64,000 nucleotides of DNA from contig JBEPVF010000001.1 of assembly GCA_041691135.1 (NCBI GenBank), forward strand, positions 160,001-224,000. Direction: 5' to 3'. Positions 40,911 through 50,364 of this stretch are shown here, piece after piece. The notes under the pieces are model-generated. The model saw only the letters and a program-made list of their open reading frames with translations. It was not told where the DNA came from and searched no databases. A program made the translations under genes and the position numbers. The stretch comes from Candidatus Peribacteria bacterium (GTDB taxonomy: Bacteria; Patescibacteriota; Gracilibacteria; Peribacterales; Peribacteraceae). Each line of letters begins with the position of its first letter. The first letter of the stretch is position 1.

Positions 40911-42731
40911 ATGTCATCCGCTCTGCTCAAAGAATTTATCGCCGGCCTGCTGACCATTTTGTTGCCCTGTATCCTGCCACTCGTACCCATCGTGCTGGGC
41001 GTGAGCATCGCCGACCGCAACCGTCTGCGCCCGCTCGTCACCATTGGCGGCATGGTAATCAGCTTCGTCGGATCGACTTTTCTGTTGCAGGTAGTCCTGA
41101 GCCAGTTCGTAACCCTGGCCGACATCATCCATATCGCCACCTATCAGATTCTGTTTCTGTTCGGCATCGGCTTCTTGTTTCATACTCAACGTACACAGGT
41201 AATTTTGGCTTTCTTCAGCGGCTTTTTCTTTTGGCGATATGATATATCCGCTGTGATAGTGGCAGGAATGGCTGGCGCCTGTGCCATGACCATCGGAAGT
41301 ATGGTCGCGACCCGTATCCAGCAACTGGGAACGGATATCCAAACAACGGCTCGCACGCGTTTCGGGGCGCAATCACTGCTCACCGCACTCATCGTCGGTC
41401 TCACACTGGGTCTGGTGTGGGTGCCATGCGCCGGACCGCTCCTTAGTTACGCACTGGCTCAAGTACGCGACGAACCGAATATTCGGGCGCTCCTTCTGCT
41501 CAGCGCCTACGGTATCGGCGCCGGACTTCCGCTGCTGCTGATCGGCTACGGTGGCCAGGCCGCCATTCACTCCGTGCGCACCCTCAGCAAGTACAGCGGA
41601 CTGATCAAACAGACTGCGGGCGTACTGCTCATTCTCTCGGCCATCGGCCTCAGTTTTGATATTTCGACCAAGCTTCAGCTGTGGTTCGCCGACCACACCT
41701 CGTTCGGTTCTGTCGGTACGAACATCGAAGAGTCGCTGTTTGGACAGCAAAGTTCAACCCCAACACCGGTTGCGTCCGCCGGCACCTCGGACCAGACGGC
41801 TGTGGAACTAAACAACTATGGACCGGCTCCAGAATTCGCCGGTCTTGGGCCGTGGCATAACAGTCAACCGCTCACGCTTGCGTCGCTGCGGGGTAAAGTC
41901 GTCCTAGTCGACTTCTGGACGTACAGTTGCATCAACTGCATTCGTACGCTTCCGTACATCGAAGGCTACTGGGAAAAGTACAAAGACAAACCGTTCGTCA
42001 TCATCGGCGTGCATACGCCGGAATTCACTTTCGAGAAAGACGAGAAGAATGTGGCGGGTGCCATTCAGGAACACGGATTGAAGTATCCGATCGCACAGGA
42101 TAACGATTACGACACCTGGAACGCCTTCCAAAACAAATACTGGCCGGCCAAGTATCTGATCGATGCACAAGGGAACATCCGCTACGTGCATTTCGGCGAA
42201 GGCAACTACGAACAAACCGACGCGGCTATTGCCGCACTGCTCAAAGAAATGGGCGTGACTGCGCAGGCAGGATTGCCGATGTCATCCGCTTCCGACGACG
42301 TCACCAGCGGGCCGGTGTCTCCCGAAACGTATGTCGGCGCTCGCATGTGGAGCTCGTTCGCCAACGCGACCGGCGGCCCCTCTTCCGATGGGGTTGCCTA
42401 TACCGTTCCCTCAAACATTCCATTGGATCACTACGCGCTTGGCGGCACATGGCAGTTGTCGGATGATACGGAAAGTCAGGTGTTACAAAGTGATACCGGC
42501 ACTATCGCCATGCATTTCCAGGGCGGCGAGATCAATTTAGTATTAGGTCTGGCCGATGGAGCTGAACCCGCACAAATAAAGGTGAGCGTAGATGGCGAAG
42601 CAACCAAATCCCTCACAATCGACAGCCATGATCTCTACAACCTCTACAAAGGAAAGTACGGCGATCACACGATCACCTTACGCGTCCAGGGAAAGGGGGT
42701 AGAGGCGTATGCGTTTACATTTGGAGGCTGA
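40911..42731 (+). CDS. dipZ: DipZ-like CcdA/thioredoxin fusion
   Basis: PCILP and PCAGP membrane cysteines; DFWTYSCINC; GVHTPEF; C-terminal YAFTFG. Confidence 0.88.
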   Translation: MSSALLKEFIAGLLTILLPCILPLVPIVLGVSIADRNRLRPLVTIGGMVISFVGSTFLLQVVLSQFVTLADIIHIATYQILFLFGIGFLFHTQRTQVILAFFSGFFFWRYDISAVIVAGMAGACAMTIGSMVATRIQQLGTDIQTTARTRFGAQSLLTALIVGLTLGLVWVPCAGPLLSYALAQVRDEPNIRALLLLSAYGIGAGLPLLLIGYGGQAAIHSVRTLSKYSGLIKQTAGVLLILSAIGLSFDISTKLQLWFADHTSFGSVGTNIEESLFGQQSSTPTPVASAGTSDQTAVELNNYGPAPEFAGLGPWHNSQPLTLASLRGKVVLVDFWTYSCINCIRTLPYIEGYWEKYKDKPFVIIGVHTPEFTFEKDEKNVAGAIQEHGLKYPIAQDNDYDTWNAFQNKYWPAKYLIDAQGNIRYVHFGEGNYEQTDAAIAALLKEMGVTAQAGLPMSSASDDVTSGPVSPETYVGARMWSSFANATGGPSSDGVAYTVPSNIPLDHYALGGTWQLSDDTESQVLQSDTGTIAMHFQGGEINLVLGLADGAEPAQIKVSVDGEATKSLTIDSHDLYNLYKGKYGDHTITLRVQGKGVEAYAFTFGG

Positions 42732-42784
42732 TTCAAGCCGACAGAAAAGGAGTCCACGGCGTTCCTTACTCTCCTGAGTCGACG

Positions 42785-43156
42785 TTATGCTCGGACGCCC
42801 AGATATTTTTCGACAACAACACCGATTTCGTCCCAGTCGATATTGCTCTTCACGATGTACTCTTTGACACCGAGTTCTTTGGCGCGATCGATCTGTACCT
42901 GATCGCTGATATTGGAGAACACAATGACCGGAAAATCATATCCTTTATCACGCATATGCTGCAGCACGCCGAAACCATCCACCTTGGGCATTCGGAGATC
43001 GAGCAAAAGGAGATCCGGTTGTTCCTTTTCTATTTCGTTGATTGCCTCTTCGCCATTCCGGGCTTTTACCGGGTCAATTCCTCTGTCTTTCAATTCAACG
43101 TTAATGATGATGGAAAGAAACGGTTCATCTTCGGCCACAAGAACGCGCTTGGACAT
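42785..43156 (-). CDS. single-domain response regulator
   Basis: VLVAEDE, PDLLLLDLRMP, YIVK. Confidence 0.9.
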   Translation of the reverse strand: MSKRVLVAEDEPFLSIIINVELKDRGIDPVKARNGEEAINEIEKEQPDLLLLDLRMPKVDGFGVLQHMRDKGYDFPVIVFSNISDQVQIDRAKELGVKEYIVKSNIDWDEIGVVVEKYLGVRA

Positions 43157-43279
43157 AAAGTCAGGGAGTAAAGTGCCCCCTATTATGCAGTGTCTGTCCG
43201 ACAAGAGGAAGTAGATTTCTCATTTTCTCTGCTTTCTTGCAATATTTATGCTTTTAGCAGCCAGTAGTGACAAGAATGT

Positions 43280-43639
43280 ATGACATCGCATCGACATGCA
43301 AAAGCAGATAGAATGGAAAATATGGGAAATCCTGAGGACCGCAATTGGACCCGCATACTTCTGCGCATCGTCGTGGTAGGCGGCGTGTGTTACGTGCTCT
43401 TATTCGTGGGCATCAAAAGTTGCACCGATGCGGCGGCTTACTGCACGCGGACAACGAACAAACAGGCATGTCTCCCCGTCTATTGCCCGGCCGTCTATCA
43501 GGCCAATGTTGCCGTGCAAGTAGTGACTGGCGGTTTTGTCAAAGATGCCACGCTCGGCTATTCCAAAATGGAACACTCATCGAACTTGTGCAATTACTTC
43601 GTCTGCGACGAAGACCAATTGAAGCATATGAAGCAATGA
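43280..43639 (+). CDS. small membrane-anchored Cys-rich protein
   Basis: TM helix followed by six Cys; start uncertain. Confidence 0.55.
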   Translation: MTSHRHAKADRMENMGNPEDRNWTRILLRIVVVGGVCYVLLFVGIKSCTDAAAYCTRTTNKQACLPVYCPAVYQANVAVQVVTGGFVKDATLGYSKMEHSSNLCNYFVCDEDQLKHMKQ

Positions 43640-43753
43640 AGCCGGTTCTTATTGCAGCATCAGCAATCCCAAAAAGAGAAGCGGCGCCAGTATGCGAACC
43701 AGTCCGTTCTTCCGCAAAGGAGAGGTGAAGATGATCATAAAAGAGAAGTGAAA

Positions 43754-43930
43754 TTATCGGGAACCTCCGATCTGTCCGCCACGCGAACGTTCCCGGCGGG
43801 TGAGCTTATGCGCGTTGCCGCTGCGCTGCGCCACGATGCCGCCGATGCGACCGAGTTCACTGATCACCTCGGGATCCAGTCTCGCGAATCCGCGGCGCGA
43901 ACTCTGATTTTTTTTCTTCATCTTTACCAT
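43754..43930 (-). CDS. KGG-repeat-like (general stress) small protein
   Basis: RRGFARLDPE..ELGRIGG...AH.LT..E...GG.IGG pattern. Confidence 0.7.
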   Translation of the reverse strand: MVKMKKKNQSSRRGFARLDPEVISELGRIGGIVAQRSGNAHKLTRRERSRGGQIGGSR

Positions 43931-44050
43931 GCAAAAAAAGGAAGGAAGTATGAACATACTTCCTGACGCAGCCAGATCATGACCATGACAAAATTGTTGT
44001 AAATCTGCCGCTCTACCTCCCCGCAGCTCCAGCGGATCTTTCATCAAGAA

Positions 44051-44347
44051 TCATGCTTTCCGTTTCTTCTTTTTGATCTTCCCGACAAAATAATCAAAAC
44101 CTCCCTGTCCGTACTGCAAGGCGCGTGAACCGCGGGTGATTTTACTGATGCTCACGTTGAGCTTGGCGGCGATGTCGCGCTGCGGCACACCTTGCATCAG
44201 CAATTGGATCAGTTGCCATCGCTCGGCCAACGAATCGAGCTCCTGCGGCGTGAGGATATCGGCGAGGAGTTTCTGGGCTTCTTTGTCCGTTTCTACAGAA
44301 CCAAACAGTTGATACAGATCACGAAAATAACGTGGGGGCAGCGACAT
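44051..44347 (-). CDS. TrpR/YerC-like helix-turn-helix repressor
   Basis: LTPQE..LAERW, PQRDIA.KL.VSISKITRGSRAL. Confidence 0.85.
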   Translation of the reverse strand: MSLPPRYFRDLYQLFGSVETDKEAQKLLADILTPQELDSLAERWQLIQLLMQGVPQRDIAAKLNVSISKITRGSRALQYGQGGFDYFVGKIKKKKRKA

Positions 44348-44393
44348 ACGGCGAGTGTACCAGATCGGCGGGACGGTCAACATGAAAGGACGT

Positions 44394-46037
44394 TTATTGT
44401 CGTCCGTAATCGGAAAAAGCCTTATCGGATCCGGGAATTGATACCGCCTTCACCCGGACTTTGGCATCGAACGGGCCCTTATAGATGCGTACGACGGGCA
44501 TGCCGTCGACAGCGATGGCATGGATCAGCGGATAACCGGCAAACCGATCGGGCTGATCGTCGGGGCGATAGGTATCCAGAATGTAGTGCGCCGACGACAC
44601 ATCTTTGATCGGAATGAGACGCTTGCTCTGATCGCGGAAGAACATGCCGCCGTTGTTGTAGGCGATATTCTGCGGCGAGTAATACAGCATCACGTCATCG
44701 GGATGTTCCTTCAGCAGATAGGCCAGTGCCTGGCGGTACGACAAACCCCAGTAATCGAGCGGAAAATTGCGCATCGCGACTTGTGACGGAATGCTGAAGT
44801 AGACATTTTCGAACGGATGATTGTGTATCATCCACAATCCCGTCATGCCCGTACAGATGGTGACGATGCAGATGACCGTTGCCCGAAGCGAAATAAAAGA
44901 GAACACCATCACGTCTTGCAAACGTCGGAGCATCCATTGCAAACCAATCAGTGCCATCAGCAGGAAGGCCGGATAGACGAAGAACACATGACGCCATTCC
45001 TGATAAATTTGCGCATGGAAGGCGATCAGCGAAACAAGCGGCACAAAAAACCAGAGCAATACCAGGAGTTCGTCAGTCGAATGCAACACAAACCGCCAAC
45101 GTTCACGCACCAAGCGCAAAAGCAGTACGGCAAAACCACACAGAAACAATGCCGTATAGAGGAGGGGAGTGGTGACGAAGATCGACACAAACACGTAGTG
45201 CCATGGATTGGCGTGGTACATTCGACCTAGGTAGAAAACATCGGCCTGCAATGTACTCATGAACTGGTACGCAGATATAAAATGATTCAGCGGATGCTGC
45301 CATAAGAACGGCCAGCTGATAATGGTCACGACCCACCACACACCCAGGTAGAGCCCGCAGGAAAACAGGAATCCTTTCCAGCGACCATGTGAAAAACCGC
45401 CGGCGCGCAGACATACGATAACGAAAGCAAGCAGTGTGAGCGCAGGCAATAGAATGGCCGTCATGCGGAGTGCCATGGCGAAACTGCACACGACCGCATG
45501 CAGAACAATGGCACGCAATGTTCTGACATCCAACGCATGCATCAGCGTCAGCATCGAGGCGGCGAACAGCGCCAGGTAGGGGATGTCGCGCGAGTTATAG
45601 AAAGCATGTGCGAAAATGCGCGGGCTCAGGACCAAGAACACGCACCCCGCCAGCGCCAGTCGCCAGTCCCGGGTAATACGTTTGGCGAGAATGTAAAAAA
45701 TCCACACACCGACGAAGAAGAACAGAAAGACAACAATGGAACGAACATGCAGCGCCGCAAGCGGAGTAAGTGCGAATGTACGCACGATGATGTTGATCGG
45801 CAGTTCTACAAATGTTCCGTGGTACCGGTGATCCACATTGGTCGCCCACGGCTGATGCAGAAACACGTAGTTGTAAGCGTCATAACCCACCTGATCCATC
45901 GTCGCGGCATCGTAGGGCAGGCCGTAATCGGCAAACACGCGCATCCCTATCAAGAAAAACACACCTAAACATACGCCAACGACACGTCGTTCAAGCGACC
46001 ACCACGAGAGAAATCGCTCACGTAAAAAGGAGAGCAT
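44394..46037 (-). CDS. GT-C fold (PMT/ArnT-like) membrane glycosyltransferase
   Basis: DYG..YD, LSPRIFAHAFYNSRDIP, PWHY, DYWGLS motifs; many TM helices. Confidence 0.8.
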   Translation of the reverse strand: MLSFLRERFLSWWSLERRVVGVCLGVFFLIGMRVFADYGLPYDAATMDQVGYDAYNYVFLHQPWATNVDHRYHGTFVELPINIIVRTFALTPLAALHVRSIVVFLFFFVGVWIFYILAKRITRDWRLALAGCVFLVLSPRIFAHAFYNSRDIPYLALFAASMLTLMHALDVRTLRAIVLHAVVCSFAMALRMTAILLPALTLLAFVIVCLRAGGFSHGRWKGFLFSCGLYLGVWWVVTIISWPFLWQHPLNHFISAYQFMSTLQADVFYLGRMYHANPWHYVFVSIFVTTPLLYTALFLCGFAVLLLRLVRERWRFVLHSTDELLVLLWFFVPLVSLIAFHAQIYQEWRHVFFVYPAFLLMALIGLQWMLRRLQDVMVFSFISLRATVICIVTICTGMTGLWMIHNHPFENVYFSIPSQVAMRNFPLDYWGLSYRQALAYLLKEHPDDVMLYYSPQNIAYNNGGMFFRDQSKRLIPIKDVSSAHYILDTYRPDDQPDRFAGYPLIHAIAVDGMPVVRIYKGPFDAKVRVKAVSIPGSDKAFSDYGRQ

Positions 46038-46148
46038 AGATGGAGTATAGGACAAGGCAGACCGCATCCCTAGAGCCATTCGACAACCCTATCGAGCCCA
46101 AAACGTATATTCCATAAAACGACAATTTATGGTATAATAATCAGATTT

Positions 46149-46907
46149 ATGAAGAACTCACTTCAGAAGAAACAGTGGCTCATCCGTGTCTTCATTCTCC
46201 TCGCTATCGTGAGTGCGGTTGCCGGCCCGATCATGCTGGCATACCTGTCGCCGCAAGATGTATTCGACGCGCAGTTTCCAGGCAATGGAAGCGGATCTTC
46301 TTCGCCGTGCAGCAGCTCGTCGTCTTCGTCGAGTTCCAGCCTGCTCCCCATGCCGTGGGACGAAACAGGTCAGTCATCCAGTTTCAGCATCCCGCCGATG
46401 CCGTGGGATGCGAGTTCGAGTTCATCGTCCAGCGTTGATCCCTGTCAGAATTCTTCCTTCAGCATCCCGCCTATGCCGTGGGATGCCAGCAGCTCATCGA
46501 TCAGCTCCAGCAAATCCAGCTCGGCAGCATCGTCGTCGTCACCTTCATCTTCGTCATCTTCTTCTCAGAGCGTTAACCAAGATAACGGCAGCGGAGGCGG
46601 TGGCAATCATCAGTCACCTGTCGACAGTGTGATTCACATAAAATCAACCACCAAGCCGACACTCGATCCGTATCCGCCGACCTACGCCGCCGCTCCAGTC
46701 AGTTCGGCGCCTGCCATCGAGCAGAATCCCTACACTGTCCCTGTCGTCACCACTGCACCGACAACGACGGACGAACCGACGCTCCATTCCGGTGCACCGG
46801 AAATCGCGCACTCAGGTCCGGGAACGGTCCTCGCACTCGTTCTGATGCTGATCGCCGCCATCGTCGTCGTCATTCGCGTACCACAGAATAATCATTACAC
46901 AGAGTAA
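46149..46907 (+). CDS. Ser-rich protein with 3x PMPWD repeats, N- and C-terminal hydrophobic helices
   Basis: poly-Ser tracts; (L/P)PMPWD three times; C-terminal HSGP plus TM. Confidence 0.75.
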   Translation: MKNSLQKKQWLIRVFILLAIVSAVAGPIMLAYLSPQDVFDAQFPGNGSGSSSPCSSSSSSSSSSLLPMPWDETGQSSSFSIPPMPWDASSSSSSSVDPCQNSSFSIPPMPWDASSSSISSSKSSSAASSSSPSSSSSSSQSVNQDNGSGGGGNHQSPVDSVIHIKSTTKPTLDPYPPTYAAAPVSSAPAIEQNPYTVPVVTTAPTTTDEPTLHSGAPEIAHSGPGTVLALVLMLIAAIVVVIRVPQNNHYTE

Positions 46908-47016
46908 AGCTGTCTCATTCATCTTTGGAGTTCAGCTGTACTATGATCGTTCGTAAGAGTGCTTGATGGTGTATCCAGGGTGCTCTTCCTCCCTCTATAT
47001 TTTCCCCATTCCCTCT

Positions 47017-48420
47017 GTGAAAAGTTCTGGCTCCAAGCTCGCCGTGCTTGCCGCATTCGTAGCGATTATTGTGTTCGTGGCACTTGCACTCAAAGCGACA
47101 AATTTGCGCCCAACGACTCCCGACACGAGTACTGTTCACAGCGCTGCGCCGCGGAGATTCCCTCTTCCTTTCGCACCGGATGCGCAGGTGGATCTTGATA
47201 AAGGAGTAGTCGAAGGAATGGATAACGGCAACCTGAAAGGAACCGTGACGCCGCTCGGCGTAAACAGCAAGGGCATCACCGTTTATCTCGTCCGCCAGCC
47301 GCACGAGAATGCCAGAGGCGACACGCAGAAACAGAACATTATCTACATTTGGGATGTGCAAAGCACAGTCCAGAATGTCCCGATCAATTCCGTTCTTAAC
47401 AACGCTCTCGGCAAAGACGGCAAAGATATTTCGGCATTTATGTATAAATACAGCCCAGACGCGGTGCAGGAGATTGCCGGTGTCGGCCATCCATTCGGCG
47501 AGCAATGGATTCTCACTAACTTCGCATGGACGCCCAAGTACGCCAACGAGGACGTCGTGCAAGGCCAGAACTGGGGCCATAATTTCGCAACGGCCCACGG
47601 CCTGACCTGGAACAGCACCGATGGGGCATCGACCCTGCACTTCAGCGGACCCAGCTTGTGGGTGGCAGTCGTGAATGAAACGGACGTCTCCGACACGCGC
47701 GTGAATTTTGATCCCGGCGCCAAATGCGGCAATGCCTGGATGGAAACTGGCGAAACATGCGATGACGGGAACATTGCTCCCGGTGACGGCTGCTCGGCGT
47801 CCTGTACACCGGAAACAGGTTGGACCTGCACGAATAACCCCAGCGTCTGCACATCAAACGGACCGGTGATCTCCGACGTTTCCGCCACGCCATCCGATAC
47901 CTCTGCGGTCATCACATGGACAACCGATCTGGGAGCAAGTTCACAAGTGGAATATGGCACAACGACCAGCTACGGCTCCACCACGACCAACGATACGAAT
48001 CCGGTCACGTCGCACTCAGTGACAATCGCATCCGGTCTGGCGGCAATGACGACCTATCACTACCGCGTCAAGAGTACGGCCAGCGGCACTACCACCACAT
48101 CGCCTGATGCGACGTTTACGACTGCGACCATCATTCCGCCGCCGATGATCACCAACGTTACCTGCACTCCAAGCGATACCACCGCGCTTATCACCTGGGA
48201 CACTGATAAAATGTCCGACTCGCAGGTGGAATATGGACCGACAGCAGCATACGGCTCCACCACGACAGTGGATCCCGCAACCGTCGCCTCACACTCCGTT
48301 ACCGTGAGCGGCCTCAGTGCATCAACCACGTATCACTACCGAGCCAAGAGCACCGCTGACGGCAAAACAGGCACATCATCTGATGCCACATGTGCCACGT
48401 TGCCGCCGATTCCGTTCTAG
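47017..48420 (+). CDS. surface protein with Cys-rich (DUF4215-like) repeat and two FN3-like domains
   Basis: N-terminal TM; CGN...GETCDDGN...GDGCSASC; two ITW.TD..SQVEYG.T..YG..HSV..L...TTYHYR repeats; start uncertain (46963 or 47017). Confidence 0.8.
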   Translation: MKSSGSKLAVLAAFVAIIVFVALALKATNLRPTTPDTSTVHSAAPRRFPLPFAPDAQVDLDKGVVEGMDNGNLKGTVTPLGVNSKGITVYLVRQPHENARGDTQKQNIIYIWDVQSTVQNVPINSVLNNALGKDGKDISAFMYKYSPDAVQEIAGVGHPFGEQWILTNFAWTPKYANEDVVQGQNWGHNFATAHGLTWNSTDGASTLHFSGPSLWVAVVNETDVSDTRVNFDPGAKCGNAWMETGETCDDGNIAPGDGCSASCTPETGWTCTNNPSVCTSNGPVISDVSATPSDTSAVITWTTDLGASSQVEYGTTTSYGSTTTNDTNPVTSHSVTIASGLAAMTTYHYRVKSTASGTTTTSPDATFTTATIIPPPMITNVTCTPSDTTALITWDTDKMSDSQVEYGPTAAYGSTTTVDPATVASHSVTVSGLSASTTYHYRAKSTADGKTGTSSDATCATLPPIPF

Positions 48421-48441
48421 ACCCGCTCACAATGCTTCATG

Positions 48442-48477
48442 ACCGCCGTGATCCGAAAGGAGAACGGCGGTTTTTTT
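48442..48477 (+). terminator. intrinsic terminator
   Basis: ACCGCCGT..ACGGCGGT followed by a T run. Confidence 0.75.
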
Positions 48478-48901
48478 ATAACGATGGCTCCGCGGCAGTC
48501 CGTCCCAATATCGTTCTGGACGGATTGCCTCCTAACCTGGAGGACGTGATCGCCGAGATCGCTGTAGGTAGCTCATCCGGCAAAAGTCTTCTGTTCGGCG
48601 ATCTATGCGTGCGTTGCCCAGTGACACAGGTGCTCCAAGACACCGGCAAAAAACGGGATGGCGAGCCACTCACATGGCTCAGCAAAAATCGACCGTCCCG
48701 GCCTCCAGAAAATAAGGGCGCCACCTTCGCAGTCAACGGTGTCTTCGGGCCTCACAGCTTTAACCATGTCATTCACCCCGGTGAAGACTTCACTATCCTG
48801 AGGGAAAAGTGAAAGGCGAGAAAAATGAGAAACAGCACGGGGACGTCAGTGGGGAAACCCATTGGCGTCTTCGTCATGGCTGTCTAATTTGACTAATTTT
48901 A

Positions 48902-48976
48902 TGGTGGCCCAGGCCAGAATCGAACTGGCTACGCCTGCCTCTTCAGGGCAGCGCTCTACCAATGAGCTACCGGGCC
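48902..48976 (-). tRNA. tRNA-Phe (GAA)
   Basis: reverse complement GGCCCGGTAGCTCATTGGTAGAGCG-CTGCC-CT-GAA-GA-GGCAG...GTTCGATTC...ACCA. Confidence 0.93.
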
Positions 48977-49108
48977 ACAGTGGACACAAAATATAGCAAT
49001 AAGGGAAAGGGAAAGAAAGAGACGTTGTCCCCGATATCTTTCTAGATTCCGGATTCTTCTTCGGTTAGAGTGAAACTGACATCCTTGTGAGGAAGGATTT
49101 GTCTTACT

Positions 49109-49199
49109 GGGCCGTAGCTCAGCTGCCTAGCTCCACGAAGTGGAGCGTAAAGAAATAAGGCGCTGCGCGTTGCCTGAGGCACTCGAAATTTTCACACCA
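49109..49199 (+). pseudogene. tRNA-like relic with palindromic insert
   Basis: GGGCCGTAGCTCAGCTG resembles the tRNA-Ala 5' end; then GCTCCAC-GAA-GTGGAGC; ends in ACCA; no intact cloverleaf. Confidence 0.4.
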
Positions 49200-49200
49200 T

Positions 49201-49276
49201 GGGGCTGTAGCTCAGCTGATAGAGCGCTGCATTCGCATTGCAGAGGTCGAGGGTTTGAGTCCCTTCAGCTCCACCA
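49201..49276 (+). tRNA. tRNA-Ala (CGC)
   Basis: GGGGCTG..CAGCTCC-ACCA with G3:U70; anticodon arm CTGCA-TT-CGC-AT-TGCAG. Confidence 0.93.
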
Positions 49277-49311
49277 TGACAACTATGCACACTTTGATCT
49301 AGTCTGATCAG

Positions 49312-49334
49312 AAAGCGCCACTTGGCGCTTTTTT
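49312..49334 (+). terminator. terminator after tRNA-Ala
   Basis: AAAGCGCC..GGCGCTTT-TTT. Confidence 0.7.
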
Positions 49335-49453
49335 GTTGCACTTAGGTTGAGTCTGCACACTTTGTGCGACTTTGCACACAATCGTTTCAAGTCCGCTGAC
49401 CCAATACAGTCTCTGTAATAGACCCAAGTGCCCATTCAAGCTAAAATCACCAT

Positions 49454-50095
49454 ATGGAAAATGTAATACCATTTCGGACTGATAGGTTTACCTGCCCGCT
49501 GTGCCATACATTCGCAGACCAATCATGGTTTCATGGTCAAGTTCGGTTCAATGATCATGAAAGGAACCAATATGAGGCCGCTGGTGATATCAGTCTTTGC
49601 TATTGCCGCTCGTGTAGGAATTATTCAATTTGGAAAGGACAAGAAATGGTTTACCCCGATACATTGCCAGTTGAAATTCCGAATCAAGATCTTTCGGCAG
49701 AAATTGTTAACGATTATAACGAAGCAGCTTCTATACTTAACAAATCGCCACGAGGCGCAGCTGCTCTACTCAGATTGGCTATTCAAAAGTTATGCCATGA
49801 GTTGGGTTGTGATCCGAAGAAAAAAATAGATGACAATATAGCGGAGCTTGTTAAAAAGGGACTATTACCCAAAGTGCAGAAGGCTCTAGATATAGTTCGT
49901 GTTACAGGCAACGAAGCAGTTCATCCAGGACAAATCGATTTATCTGATGATATCGAGACAGCGAAGAAGTTATTCGGACTTGTAAACATTATTGCTCGAC
50001 AAATGATCACCGAAGAAAAGGAGGTAAATTCACTTTATGATTCTCTTCCAGAAGAAAAAAGGTCTGCTATTGAAAAAAGAAATCAAAAGTCTTGA
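49454..50095 (+). CDS. DUF4145 (HEPN-like) protein with N-terminal Cys pairs
   Basis: CPLC..CRSC; DYNEA..SPRGAAALLRLAIQKLC; RVTGNEAVHPG. Confidence 0.85.
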   Translation: MENVIPFRTDRFTCPLCHTFADQSWFHGQVRFNDHERNQYEAAGDISLCYCRSCRNYSIWKGQEMVYPDTLPVEIPNQDLSAEIVNDYNEAASILNKSPRGAAALLRLAIQKLCHELGCDPKKKIDDNIAELVKKGLLPKVQKALDIVRVTGNEAVHPGQIDLSDDIETAKKLFGLVNIIARQMITEEKEVNSLYDSLPEEKRSAIEKRNQKS

Positions 50096-50195
50096 TACGA
50101 TTATCTTCAATCAATCTAGTAATCAATCTTTCTTTGAAACAAGTCCAGGTACTCCGGTTGCTTTGATGCAAACAACGATCAAATGTGAGTCCACT

Positions 50196-50354
50196 ATGGC
50201 AGACTTCAGAGATCAACTTCCTGAGAAATGGAGAAACTACGACTTCACGAATGCTATTGGGCTACTGTTATTGATGAAACAGATTCAGGAAGATCCTCCA
50301 AAGGACGACCCTAATATTTTGAAGATCGATGAGGACGGAACGCGGCTTTATTAA
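50196..50354 (+). CDS. small hypothetical protein (52 aa)
   Basis: MADFRDQLPEKW... protein-like composition; no motif recognised. Confidence 0.35.
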   Translation: MADFRDQLPEKWRNYDFTNAIGLLLLMKQIQEDPPKDDPNILKIDEDGTRLY

Positions 50355-50364
50355 AGTCTCAGTA

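Noticed and set aside
48390-48812. 140-aa ORF after the FN3-like gene
   Set aside because: Its 5' part crosses a strong terminator and no motif is recognisable; left uncalled.
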